Source of the DNA: an uncultured Halobacteriales archaeon
Lineage (GTDB): Archaea > Thermoplasmatota > E2 > JACPAO01 > JAHFTW01
Length of the DNA: 64,000 nucleotides
Reading direction: 5' to 3'
NCBI GenBank assembly: GCA_964643795.1
Contig: CAZXUC010000010.1
Coordinates: 13,748-77,747, forward strand
Notes under the pieces: generated by a model
What the model saw: only the letters and a program-made list of their open reading frames with translations
Told to the model about the DNA's origin: nothing
Database searches by the model: none
Program-made: the position numbers and the translations under genes
Shown here: piece by piece, positions 19,716 to 29,027 of the stretch
Layout of the letters: each line of letters opens with the position of its first letter
How positions within the stretch are numbered: the first letter of the stretch is position 1

Positions 19716-20399
19716 GTGGACCGCGAGGCCTTGAAGCGACAAGCGGGCATTGCCGCGGCGGAATTGGTGCGCGACGGAATGATCGTCGGTCTGGGGACCG
19801 GCTCAACGGTCCGCTACACAATCGAGGCCATCGGCGCGCAAGTGGCGCGTGGCCTCCAAGTGACGGGAATCCCAACGAGCGAGGCGTCGGCTGCGTTGGC
19901 CCGCAGCCTGGGCATCCCTCTCACGACGTTGGACGTCGAGCCAGTCGTTGACCTCACCATAGACGGCGCCGACGAGTTCGACGGCGAGTTGCGGCTCATC
20001 AAGGGTGGCGGTGGGGCGCTCACTCGGGAGAAGATTGTGGCAAAGGCCAGCAGCCGCATGGTCGTCGTCGCCGACGCGGCCAAACGCGTCGAGCGCCTTG
20101 GCTCCAGTTTCGCGCTGCCCGTGGAGGTCATCGACCTAGGCAAGATGCCTGTGCGGCGCATGATTGAACGCTTGGGTGCCTCGGTCAAGCTGCGCGCGGC
20201 GCCGGACGGCAGCGCCTACCTCACGGACAACGGGAACCCGATCCTCGACGCCAAGTGGCCCGGCATCAAGGAACCCGAACGGCTGGAACTCGAACTCGAG
20301 ACGTTCCCAGGCGTCGTGTGCAGCGGCCTCTTCCTGGGCCTATGCGATACCGTGTTCGTCGCAGGCGCGAAGGGCGTGGAAATCCTGCGCAGGCCCTGA
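19716..20399 (+). CDS. rpiA: Ribose-5-phosphate isomerase A
   Basis: GLGTGST, DGADEFD, LIKGGGGALTREKIVA, TDNGN. Confidence 0.97.
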   Translation: MDREALKRQAGIAAAELVRDGMIVGLGTGSTVRYTIEAIGAQVARGLQVTGIPTSEASAALARSLGIPLTTLDVEPVVDLTIDGADEFDGELRLIKGGGGALTREKIVAKASSRMVVVADAAKRVERLGSSFALPVEVIDLGKMPVRRMIERLGASVKLRAAPDGSAYLTDNGNPILDAKWPGIKEPERLELELETFPGVVCSGLFLGLCDTVFVAGAKGVEILRRP

Positions 20400-20401
20400 G
20401 C

Positions 20402-20497
20402 GACGTTCCCGACTACGTTTACGATGACGTTCACGAGGACGTTCCCGACCACGTTCACGACGACGTTTACGACGACGCGTGCAACGACGTTCACGAC
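20402..20497. repeat. 12-bp tandem repeat, 8 units
   Basis: Consensus GACGTTCACGAC; fills the gap between convergent genes. Confidence 0.85.
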
Positions 20498-20853
20498 AGC
20501 TTTCGTCGCACGACTTGCATGGCTTGGTTGAAGGCGTCAATCGTGCGTTTGCCTTCATTCTCGTAGTGCTTTCGAATCGTCGTGGCGTCGGCCACGAGCT
20601 TGTAACGATGCATCGGGCGGCCCTTGCCGGCGCGCGGAATGGCTTCGGCCTGCACCCAGGACCGGTCGCGCAAGACTTGCATGCCCACGGAGACTTCCGG
20701 TTGCCGCAACCCTGTGCCCTCCACTAGGTCGCGCGTCCCGAGCGGGCCCTGCTCGACCAAGGACGAAACCAAGGTGGCTTCGACGCGTTTGGCGCCGAGG
20801 CGCTGCAAGGCATCCTGAAGTTCTGAATCCGCACGTTCCCGTTGCCTCGCCAT
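20491..20853 (-). CDS. Winged-helix transcriptional regulator (archaeal)
   Basis: TRDLVEGTGLRQPEVSVGMQ...GKGRPMHRY. Confidence 0.85.
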   Translation of the reverse strand: MARQRERADSELQDALQRLGAKRVEATLVSSLVEQGPLGTRDLVEGTGLRQPEVSVGMQVLRDRSWVQAEAIPRAGKGRPMHRYKLVADATTIRKHYENEGKRTIDAFNQAMQVVRRKLS

Positions 20854-21004
20854 GTCCTCTTACGTGGGCCTTGTTACTATTTGGGGCTTTTCTTAAACCA
20901 AGAAAATTGGATATAAGCTGCGCTGGCCGCGGCCATAGGCCAGTGCAGGCGAGGGGGAAGGCCGACCTTGCACGCTTTTCAACGGGAGCCTCGTCGGCCA
21001 CGCC

Positions 21005-21571
21005 ATGGCGAAGAACGAAATGGCGTCCCCCGGCACCCCGCTGGCCTTCAGCGAGGAGTTTCTGCCGGGCCATGGTACGTACGACGACGGCACGCAAATC
21101 CGCGCGGCCGTCTTTGGCATGCAGCACGTCGACCCCGAGACCATGACCCTCAGCGTCGTACCGGCCGGAAAGAAGGTCGCAACCATCGAGAAGGGCGACA
21201 TCGTCGTCGGCCAAATCACGTTCATCAAGCCCGAGGCCCTTGCGTCCGTCAAGATTCAGGGCGTTCGCGGCAAGGAAGGCCGCAGCATTCACCTCTCCGT
21301 CGACGCGACCCTGCACGTGTCAAAGATTGACAATCGCTACATCCAGGACGTCACGTCCGAGTATCACCGCGGCGACATCATCCGCGCCAAAGTCCTCGGC
21401 TTGAAGGGCGGGCCGCAACTTGCGACCGACCGGCCAGAACTGGGCTGCATCAAGGCCTGGAGCACCGACGGCAACGAGTTGGTGCTCGACGGCAACCGGC
21501 TGCGCGACCCCGAGACGGGGCGCGTCGAGAACCGCAAGCTCGCAAGCGACTACGGCTCCGGCCAAGTCTAA
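21005..21571 (+). CDS. csl4: Exosome RNA-binding subunit Csl4
   Basis: SPGTPLAFSEEFLPGHGTY, S1 domain GDIIRAKV, LGCIKA, ENRKLASDY. Confidence 0.92.
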   Translation: MAKNEMASPGTPLAFSEEFLPGHGTYDDGTQIRAAVFGMQHVDPETMTLSVVPAGKKVATIEKGDIVVGQITFIKPEALASVKIQGVRGKEGRSIHLSVDATLHVSKIDNRYIQDVTSEYHRGDIIRAKVLGLKGGPQLATDRPELGCIKAWSTDGNELVLDGNRLRDPETGRVENRKLASDYGSGQV

Positions 21572-21596
21572 TCAAGCGCGAAACGAGTATAGCGCC

Positions 21597-21990
21597 ATGG
21601 CCGGCCTCATCGGACTCGCCGGCGCCGACATGGAACTCCAAGATGCCTTGCGCGCCAAGAAATGGGAGCACGTAGGTGCGTGATTCCGCACCCCGTGTGC
21701 GACTGACGACCACGTTGCCCATCGCCATCGAGAAGGCCGACGGCCGTGCCATCGTGACCACCACGCCGAACAGCTTCTTCGGTCGGTTCCACGACCGCCA
21801 AGTCTGCTCCGTGACCCCGCAGGAGGCGGACCAATGGATGACCGCGACGCGCAAGGAAGACGCCGTCGCATTGCTGCACCCCGCCGCCGAGGACGAGTGG
21901 GAGGCTGTGCCGGTCGATGATAGGATCTTCAAACCGGGACGAAGGGAAATGGAAGACCTCGTGCCGATTGGGAAGCCCATTCGGGGATGA
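21597..21990 (+). pseudogene. C-terminal remnant of an SOS-response-associated peptidase (SRAP/YedK-like)
   Basis: AIVTTTPNSFFGRFHDRQVC...ADQWM matches the SRAP ILTT-x-N...HDRMP...W segment; the N-terminal MCGR half is absent. Confidence 0.6.
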
Positions 21991-22030
21991 AGCAACCGGG
22001 ATGCGTTCCACGACGCGCACGCCGTCGCCT

Positions 22031-23079
22031 TCAGTCGTCGAGTTGGGTGCGGTTTGCGTTGGTCTTGCCTTGCACGTTCTCACCGCTCAATTCCGCTTCC
22101 AGTTCCTCCACTGTCGGGAGGATTCCGGTGAGGTTCTTTGGGAGCTTCTCGACCAGCGTCGTCTCCCAACCGGCGACACCGATGGGGCGCCTCAAGTGAC
22201 GCAACGCGTACTCGACGACGACCTTGTTCTTCTCGCGGCACAAAAGGAGGCCGATGGTCGGTTTGTCGTCCGGATGCCGCAACAGATCGTCCGCCGCAGA
22301 GAGGTACAGGTTCAACTGGCCCACGAACGCCGGGTCGAATGGCGCCGCTTTCAACTCGACGACGACGTACGCGCGCAGCTTCAGGTGGTAGAACAACAGG
22401 TCAACGAAGAAGTCCTGGTCGCCCACTTCAAGCCGCACCTGGCGCCCCACGAAGGCGAAGGCACGACCAAGTTCCAGAAGGAACCGTTGGACATGCTCGA
22501 CAAGAGCCTGCTCGACCTCGCGCTCCCGGCGCGGGTCGGCCGTTCCAAGAAAATCGAAAAGGTACGGGTCCTTGAACGCCTGCGCGGCCAGGTCCGAATC
22601 CGTGGGCGGCAGCGTGGCGTTGAAGTTCGTGATTGCCTTGCCATGGCGTTGGTGGGCACGTCGTTCAATCTGGAGCGCAAGGATGTTGCGCGACCAGCCA
22701 TGCTCGCGGGCCTGCCGGGCGTACCAGAGCCGTTCCGCTGCATTGTTCAGTTTCTCGATAAGGGCGATGTGGTGATACCATGGGATTTGTGCAAGCGTCT
22801 CTTGCACAATTGCCTCGTTGGGCCAAGCGGCCGCGAAGGCGCGCATGTACTTCAGGTTCCACGTCGAGAAGCCACGCATGTCGGGGAATCCATCGCGGAG
22901 GTCGGTGGAGAGACGGTCGATGACCTTAGCACCCCAGCCAGAACGACGCGCAGTCGGTCCCGCTGGATGCGCTCCCTAATAGTGCTCAAGGTCTCGGCGT
23001 AGTCGGCTGGAAGTTGGGCCCGCGCCGGGGGCGTCGGGAACGCGGAGGCAGGGCCAGGCCCGGCGGCGGTTTTGCTCAT
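22031..23079 (-). pseudogene. DUF1016 / YhcG-like PD-(D/E)xK nuclease, frameshifted by an internal deletion
   Basis: Frame 1 DYAETLSTIRERIQ..RVVLA; frame 2 GWGAKVIDRLS..MRGFS, KDPYLFDFL, DLLFYH, VVELK; junction at about 22938. Confidence 0.85.
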
Positions 23080-23296
23080 GCCTCAGGAACCGCCTGCGCA
23101 AACAGGAACGTTCGCCAAAGGTGGGTAAAAGTACGTCCTCCAACCCTGTTGGTTTTGGCCCCGCGACCATAGTGCGCAATTGCGCAACATTGCCCCCGCC
23201 GCTCTTCAATCCCCCGAACCACGGACGGCCGACCATCTTGCTGAGACCGACAAAATGGTCCTGGCGAGCGAAACGCACCCGCCCACCCCCAACCGC

Positions 23297-23304
23297 TTAA
23301 ATAA
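23297..23304 (+). promoter_or_regulatory. TATA box upstream of rpoL (probably leaderless)
   Basis: TTAAATAA about 25 nt before the GTG start, in GC-rich context. Confidence 0.6.
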
Positions 23305-23325
23305 CAGGCCCAAGTCGCCGCATCC

Positions 23326-23613
23326 GTGAAGCTGACCATCCTCTCCAAGACCGACAATGAGCTGGAGATCCAGATTCAGGGCGAGAACGAGACGTTGCTC
23401 AACCCCATCAAGCAGGCCCTGCTCGGCGACAAGGACGTCGAATTCGCCGAATACATCATCGAGCACCCTAGTCTCTCCATCCCCAAGATCTTCCTGCGCA
23501 CCAAGGGCAAGGTCAAGCCCGACCTCGTCCTCAAGCGCACCATCAAGAACCTCGTCGCCGAATTCGACGAGTTCGAGACGCAGTTCGCGAGCCTTCTCAA
23601 GAAGCGGAACTAG
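23326..23613 (+). CDS. rpoL: RNA polymerase subunit Rpo11 (L)
   Basis: GENETLLNPI, VEFAEYIIEHP. Confidence 0.92.
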   Translation: MKLTILSKTDNELEIQIQGENETLLNPIKQALLGDKDVEFAEYIIEHPSLSIPKIFLRTKGKVKPDLVLKRTIKNLVAEFDEFETQFASLLKKRN

Positions 23614-23681
23614 AGTAATCGCCCGGGACTTGTACGCCCCGGTCGGCGCCGGCGGTTTTGTAGCAGGGCGCGCTCGGCCGC

Positions 23682-24971
23682 TTGTTGACTCGCCCTATCC
23701 CTCCCGCCGCCGAGGTGGCACTTGGACTCACGTCCTACATGACGGAGACTCCCGGCATCGGCGGCCGCCTACGCACTGAGCCTGAGGATTTCGTTGTCGT
23801 GGAACTTGGGGAAGGCCCACCACGCGTCGACGATGGCGCACACGCCGCCGCTCGCGTCCGGCTGCGCAATTGGGAGACCAACCGCTTCGCGATGCAGGCT
23901 GCACAAAGGCTTGGCATCCATCGCGACCAAGTGGGATTCGCGGGCATGAAGGACAAACGGGCGGTGACGATGCAATGGTTCACTTTCAAGTGTCCAGTGC
24001 CCCGGTTGACGGAACTCAATGGGCTGCTCGACGTCGAAGTCGTGGAGTCGTACGCGACGCGCAAGTCACATTTTCCTGGCGCTCACACGGGGAATCGATT
24101 CGAGTTGCGGGTGCGCGAGTCGACCCATGACGAACCCTCGGTGGCGGCCACGACCGAAGCCATCCGGACAGAAGGCGGAGTGCCGAATTTCTTTGGCCCG
24201 CAAAGGTTTGGTGGACATTTTCGCCCCGTGACGCACCTAGTCGGTCGCGCCATCGTGGAAGGCGACCTAGAGGAAGCCGTGCGCCTCTACGTGGGAAATC
24301 CGATGCCCGGGGAGCAAGAGCAGGCGCAGAAGGCCCGCCGCATCTATGACGAGACGCGCGACCCGACGGCGGCGCTCGCCGAGTATCCGGAGAAGCTCGA
24401 CCCTGAGCGAGGCATCCTGTGGCGGCTGCAGAAGCGCCCCGGCGAGTGGCGGTACGCAATCCAGGCGTTGCCGTCGAACCTTCTGCAACTCTTCGTGCAC
24501 GCCCACCAGTCGTGGCTCTACAACATCATCCTCTCGGCGCGCGTCGATGCTGGACTCGGCCTGCGCACGGTGCATGTGGGCGACCTGGCGATGGGCGTCG
24601 ACGAGGATGGACTTCACCCCCACAAGGTGACATCGTTCAACGTCGAGAAGGTCCAGCGTGAGGTCGATACGGGGCGCGCGACACTTACCGCCCCCCTCGT
24701 CGGCACAGCGTGCCCATTGGCCGAAGGCGAACCGGGGGAGATTGAGCAACGGGTCCTCGATGAACATGACGTGTCGCCCATGGACTTTCGTTGCCAAGAG
24801 CTGCCGGAGCAGGCTTCCGACGGACGCCGGCGAGGAATCTTGCAGCCGGTACGTGGCCTTGAGGTGCGCTGGGTCGATGAGGACCCGGTCTTTGACTTCG
24901 CCCTGGGCAAGGGGTCGTACGCAACGGTGGTCCTGCGGGAATTCATGAAGGCTGAACTCTCGGAATACTGA
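23682..24971 (+). CDS. truD: tRNA pseudouridine(13) synthase
   Basis: PEDFVVVE, FAGMKDKRAVT, GNRF, PNFFGPQRFG, KGSYATVVLRE. Confidence 0.96.
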   Translation: MLTRPIPPAAEVALGLTSYMTETPGIGGRLRTEPEDFVVVELGEGPPRVDDGAHAAARVRLRNWETNRFAMQAAQRLGIHRDQVGFAGMKDKRAVTMQWFTFKCPVPRLTELNGLLDVEVVESYATRKSHFPGAHTGNRFELRVRESTHDEPSVAATTEAIRTEGGVPNFFGPQRFGGHFRPVTHLVGRAIVEGDLEEAVRLYVGNPMPGEQEQAQKARRIYDETRDPTAALAEYPEKLDPERGILWRLQKRPGEWRYAIQALPSNLLQLFVHAHQSWLYNIILSARVDAGLGLRTVHVGDLAMGVDEDGLHPHKVTSFNVEKVQREVDTGRATLTAPLVGTACPLAEGEPGEIEQRVLDEHDVSPMDFRCQELPEQASDGRRRGILQPVRGLEVRWVDEDPVFDFALGKGSYATVVLREFMKAELSEY

Positions 24972-25013
24972 GTGCAATACTGATAGGAATCCTGACGGGA
25001 ATCCTGACGGGAA
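24963..25013. repeat. 12-bp tandem repeat, about 4 units, starting in the truD 3' end
   Basis: GAATACTGAGTG CAATACTGATAG GAATCCTGACGG GAATCCTGACGG. Confidence 0.7.
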
Positions 25014-25088
25014 CCGCACCGCATCGTCCACCGACGGCCTAAGTCGCCTGGGGTGAAGCCCTTAATCTGGGCCCGCCTCCGTTGCCCC

Positions 25089-26300
25089 ATGGCCTCCGGA
25101 GCAAACCCCGCCTTCTACCGCAAGCTCGCCGGCATCCTCGCAATCGGCATCGTCGTCGCCATCGTGCTTGGCCTCGTCGACATCACTGGCCCCGGCCTGC
25201 TGGACCTCGAATCCTCCATCGTGTCGCTCTTCCTTGCGACCTTCGTCATAGTCGGCATCCTGCTCTTCTTCCTGCTGCGCGTCGGGGACATCTTCTCGAT
25301 TGAACGAAAAGTGCAGGACCTGCTTGCCGCCGAGGGCGCAAAGTGGGGCGAATCCCTGCAGGCCGAGGAAGCCAAGGCCGACGCGCTGCGCGTCCAACTG
25401 AAAGCCGACGCTGACAAGGCGAAGAACGGCCTATTGCAGGAACAGGCCTCGCAACGTATGGCCGTCCAAGACGCCTTGACGGCCGCCAACCGGGCCGCTG
25501 CCGAGGCCCGTCAAGCCCAGGCCCGCATCGAGGAACTCGCACGCCGCCCGGAGACCTCCACGGAGGTCGGGGCGCTGCGCGGCAAGGTCGAGACGCTTGA
25601 GAAGGAACTCGCCGAAATGCGCCGCCGCGACACGGGCAACGTCCCGCTCCTCAAGCAACTGCAAGAGGACCTCGCGGCACTCCGCGCAGGCCAGACGAAG
25701 CTCGGCCACCGCGTCGATTCGGCGGTCGAAGCCGTCGAGCGCCGCGAAATGGAAGCGTCGGCCGCCCGCACGGAGCTCGACCATGAGGTCGCCGACTTGC
25801 GCAAGCGCGAGCAACTCCTCGTCCTGCGCAGCCGCGACCTGGAATCCGCAAACGAGGAATTGCAGGCCCGCGCCCGCAAGCCGGCCGTCTCGATCCGGCC
25901 CGGCGATGAGAAGCACCACGTCCTCGCCATCGAAGGCATCGGGCCGAAGTACGCAAGCCGCCTCAACGCAGTGGGCATCATCACGATTCCGCAGTTGGCG
26001 CAGGCCGACCCAGATGAGGTCGCGAACCAGCTCGACGTCATGCCCGACCTCGTGCGTGAGTGGCAAGCCATGGCGGACCTCATCCGCGTCAAGGGCGTCG
26101 GCCCGCAGTCCGCAGAAGTCCTCGTACGCGCGGGAGTCAAGTCAGTCGCGCAACTGGCGACCCTCAGTCCCGAAGAAGTCAGCCAGAAAGTCAAGGAGAC
26201 TGAGGCCGGCCGAAAGGTGCGCATCCAGGGCCAAGATGTCTCGCCAGGCGTCGCGAAACGTTGGGTCGAGGCGGCGCGCAAGGGCGAGATGGACGAGTAG
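25089..26300 (+). CDS. Membrane-anchored coiled-coil protein with C-terminal DUF4332/HhH domains
   Basis: Two TM helices, long heptad-rich region, IEGIGPKYA and VKGVGPQSA HhH motifs. Confidence 0.85.
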   Translation: MASGANPAFYRKLAGILAIGIVVAIVLGLVDITGPGLLDLESSIVSLFLATFVIVGILLFFLLRVGDIFSIERKVQDLLAAEGAKWGESLQAEEAKADALRVQLKADADKAKNGLLQEQASQRMAVQDALTAANRAAAEARQAQARIEELARRPETSTEVGALRGKVETLEKELAEMRRRDTGNVPLLKQLQEDLAALRAGQTKLGHRVDSAVEAVERREMEASAARTELDHEVADLRKREQLLVLRSRDLESANEELQARARKPAVSIRPGDEKHHVLAIEGIGPKYASRLNAVGIITIPQLAQADPDEVANQLDVMPDLVREWQAMADLIRVKGVGPQSAEVLVRAGVKSVAQLATLSPEEVSQKVKETEAGRKVRIQGQDVSPGVAKRWVEAARKGEMDE

Positions 26301-26323
26301 GCGCCCTGCTCATTTCCGCTCCT

Positions 26324-26433
26324 TTCCGCAGATGTAACTTCACCGCCCTTTTCCGCAGATGCCACAGATTTCGCAGAATTGACGGGCCGGCGGGATGCCG
26401 CGCTATCTGCGGCATCGGCGAAATCTGCGGAAA
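26324..26433. repeat. Family F 9-nt-period palindrome
   Basis: TTCCGCAGATGCCACAGATTTCGCAGAA...ATCTGCGGCATCGGCGAAATCTGCGGAAA. Confidence 0.85.
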
Positions 26434-26700
26434 CGCGGCCTTGGCCTTTCGAGGTCACCAGCAATGCACGGCTGTGCCGGCCCAACGAGTTTCGGCGCAC
26501 CTCATGTGCTGAATCGCGAGGTCCCCAATGCGGAGTAGAAATCTGTTGGTCCAGGGGCGCACAACTGTGCTGGCAATCTATGACGGGACCCGCCAAACGC
26601 CGGCGACGTCGACGGGCACGCGAGGGAACCTCGCCTGAAAGAAACGGGCGGCGCCGTGCGCCGCTCTTCGAAAGTTACTGAAGCGGCGGCTCGGGGACGA

Positions 26701-26847
26701 CGCCGTCGGCGGACTGCGGTAAGCCATGTGACCGGGGGATTCGAACGGGTAATCTTGCGAATCAAGCGACCAACCGACCGGGGATTACGGAGATTTCGGG
26801 GACACTAGGTTACACCCAGTTCCCCGTAATTCCCGGAATCCTCGGTA
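26701..26847 (-). repeat. Composite C+B element (inverted copy of 11227-11375)
   Basis: Reverse complement reproduces the C arms and then the B motif with similar spacing. Confidence 0.9.
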
Positions 26848-26890
26848 AGCGTCGGGCACCGTCGTTGCGCATTGGCGGCGTATCGTGAGA

Positions 26891-26944
26891 TTGCGCGGGA
26901 ACAGCGGACCCAATCGGTCCGCGCAATCCGCGTAATCCGCGGTT
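26891..26944. repeat. Family H partial copy
   Basis: TTGCGCGG...TCCGCGCAATCCGCGTAATCCGCGGTT. Confidence 0.75.
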
Positions 26945-26990
26945 AGGTCAGCGGTGGAGGCCAGGCATCGCTAGCGCTTGGCCGCTCGTC

Positions 26991-27965
26991 TTACCGCTTC
27001 TTGCCGCCATCATGCCCACCCGCCAGCACGAAGTGCGCGAGCAGGCACTCAATCTGGATGCGCTCGTTCGCGCCTTCGACCATGCGGAACTCGATTTCTC
27101 CGACTTTGTCGACGAGGCGGACCTTCTCCGCATCGCCGATTGTGAGGTCGAAGACGCTGCGGTGAATCTGCCGGATGACGTCCTCACCACTGAGGCCATA
27201 CTCGATGAGGAGGTTGTCGAGGATGTTGCGGGCCGCCATGAAGTCGCCACCTAAGGCGGTCTCGAGGAGTTTCTTGACTTCCTCCGGTCGGGCCGTGCTC
27301 GTGGTCTTGTAGATTGAATCCGCGTCAACCGCTCCGCCGAGGGCCGCCGCAACTTGCAGCGTGTTGACGGTGCGGCGTAGGTCGCCCTTCGCGACGAAGA
27401 GCAACGCATCGACGCCGTCTTGGGTGATCTCGACCTTCTCTTCCTTCGCGATCTTGCGCACGTATTTCTTGACTTGGTCCTGATGGAGCGGCCGGAAACG
27501 GAAGACCGCGCACCGGCTCTGGATGGGGTCGATAATCTTGCTGGAGTAGTTGCAGCTGAGGACGAACCGCGTCGTGGCCGTGTACTTCTCCATGGTCCTG
27601 CGCAATGCCGACTGCGCGTCGTGGGTGAGGGCATCGGCCTCGTCGAGGAAGACAATCTTGAAGCCGTCGGCGTCGGCCGTCCCCACGCGGGCGAACTCCT
27701 TGATCTTGCCGCGCACGACGCCGATGCCACGCTCATCCGAAGCGTTCAATTCAAGGAAGCGGCCGCGCCAGCCGTCCTCGCCGTAGAGGTCCTTCGCGAG
27801 CGCGATGGCACAGGTCGTCTTCCCCGTTCCCGGTGGGCCCGCGAACATGAGGTGGGGAATGTTGTTGGCGGCGACGTAAGCCTTGAGGCGCTCGACGGTG
27901 TCCTCCTGGCCCACTACGTCGCCCAAGGTCTTGGGACGGTACTTCTCCACCCAGACGTCCTTCAT
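26991..27965 (-). CDS. rfcS: Replication factor C small subunit (no intein)
   Basis: WVEKYRP, GPPGTGKTT, LELNASDERG, LDEAD, IQSRC. Confidence 0.97.
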   Translation of the reverse strand: MKDVWVEKYRPKTLGDVVGQEDTVERLKAYVAANNIPHLMFAGPPGTGKTTCAIALAKDLYGEDGWRGRFLELNASDERGIGVVRGKIKEFARVGTADADGFKIVFLDEADALTHDAQSALRRTMEKYTATTRFVLSCNYSSKIIDPIQSRCAVFRFRPLHQDQVKKYVRKIAKEEKVEITQDGVDALLFVAKGDLRRTVNTLQVAAALGGAVDADSIYKTTSTARPEEVKKLLETALGGDFMAARNILDNLLIEYGLSGEDVIRQIHRSVFDLTIGDAEKVRLVDKVGEIEFRMVEGANERIQIECLLAHFVLAGGHDGGKKR

Positions 27966-28253
27966 CGTTCAGGCGACCATTGGGGAGTTGAAGAAGGGTT
28001 TCATGGGGCAAGCGGGCCGGCCTCAAGGCGCACGCCGTGGCCCGCCACCAGATTGTAGTCGAAATAGAAGCTCTCGGGGCTGCGGAACGGCTCGATTTGT
28101 GCGCCGTCGCCTTCGACTGTCATGCTCACGCCGCTGAGGCCCCATTCGGCTCCTTCGATTGTCATGTTGATGGCGTGCTTGACGATTTCGCCAGCCACGG
28201 CATAGGCACGCATCGCGGCGTCCGGCGTGCCGCCTTGGTTCGGGACGCGGTCC

Positions 28254-28901
28254 TCACGCGGAGCCCGCGCTGCCGAGCTTTGCGAGGATGCCGCCAAACC
28301 GCGTCGCGGGGACGACCGCGAGCAGCCGTTGGTGGCCGTGGGCGAGGTCACGAATGCGTTGCGCCATGTGGGCCTCCCGCTCGGCCTCGACGCGCGCGAA
28401 TCCCTTCGGCTTGTTCCACGCCGCATCCCACGCCAGCGCGAACGCGTAGGCGTCCGGGGAATCGGCGAAGTCCTTGCTGAGCAATTTTTTGCGGATGCTT
28501 GCGGCCTGGACGAGGTGGCGCAGCTTGACGTTGCTCGTGTAGAGTTGGGTGTGGGCTGCGTCGTCCAGGTCGATGGCTTCAATTGGGAGCTTTGCGCGCG
28601 TGGCTTCGTCGTGGGCCGCTTCGAGATCCGGGCTCGGCACTCGCGTCGCTCCGTAGCGGCCTAGAATCGTGAGGATGTGGTGGTCGACTTCGTCGGTCTC
28701 AGGAAGTTCTGGCTTGTCGGGGCTGGCGAGGCGAGCCAACGCATCAAGGTCCTCGGCGGGAACGGCCAGGGCGAGCAAGTCCGGGTGGAACGCCTGGAAC
28801 GCCTGCCGCACTCGCTCGCCGTCCGGGACGAAACCCAGGAGGGTGCCGACGACGAGGATGTCGCAGGAGCCGATGCGGATTCGCGCCTGCGGGGTCTGCA
28901 C
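28254..28901 (-). CDS. Hypothetical protein (archaeal; possibly TraB-like fold)
   Basis: Coherent ORF: VGTLLGFVPDGERV, VPSPDL, IDLDD, EREAHMA. Confidence 0.7.
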   Translation of the reverse strand: MQTPQARIRIGSCDILVVGTLLGFVPDGERVRQAFQAFHPDLLALAVPAEDLDALARLASPDKPELPETDEVDHHILTILGRYGATRVPSPDLEAAHDEATRAKLPIEAIDLDDAAHTQLYTSNVKLRHLVQAASIRKKLLSKDFADSPDAYAFALAWDAAWNKPKGFARVEAEREAHMAQRIRDLAHGHQRLLAVVPATRFGGILAKLGSAGSA

Positions 28902-29027
28902 GCCGCGACCACAGGGGGCCGCGCCAAGGAGGTTGCGTTTGCCGCCGAAAACAGGCCGAACCGGACGCCTTGCCCCTCTGCGTTTATACGGAGCCACAGA
29001 TAGGCACCCCGTCGCACAGGTGGCCAC

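Noticed and set aside
20216-20494. ORF MNVVARVVVNVV...
   Set aside because: It is a translation of the 12-bp minisatellite and is antisense to rpiA.
26434-26700. Possible small gene between the F and B repeats
   Set aside because: No convincing start, codon bias or motif; left as unexplained spacer.
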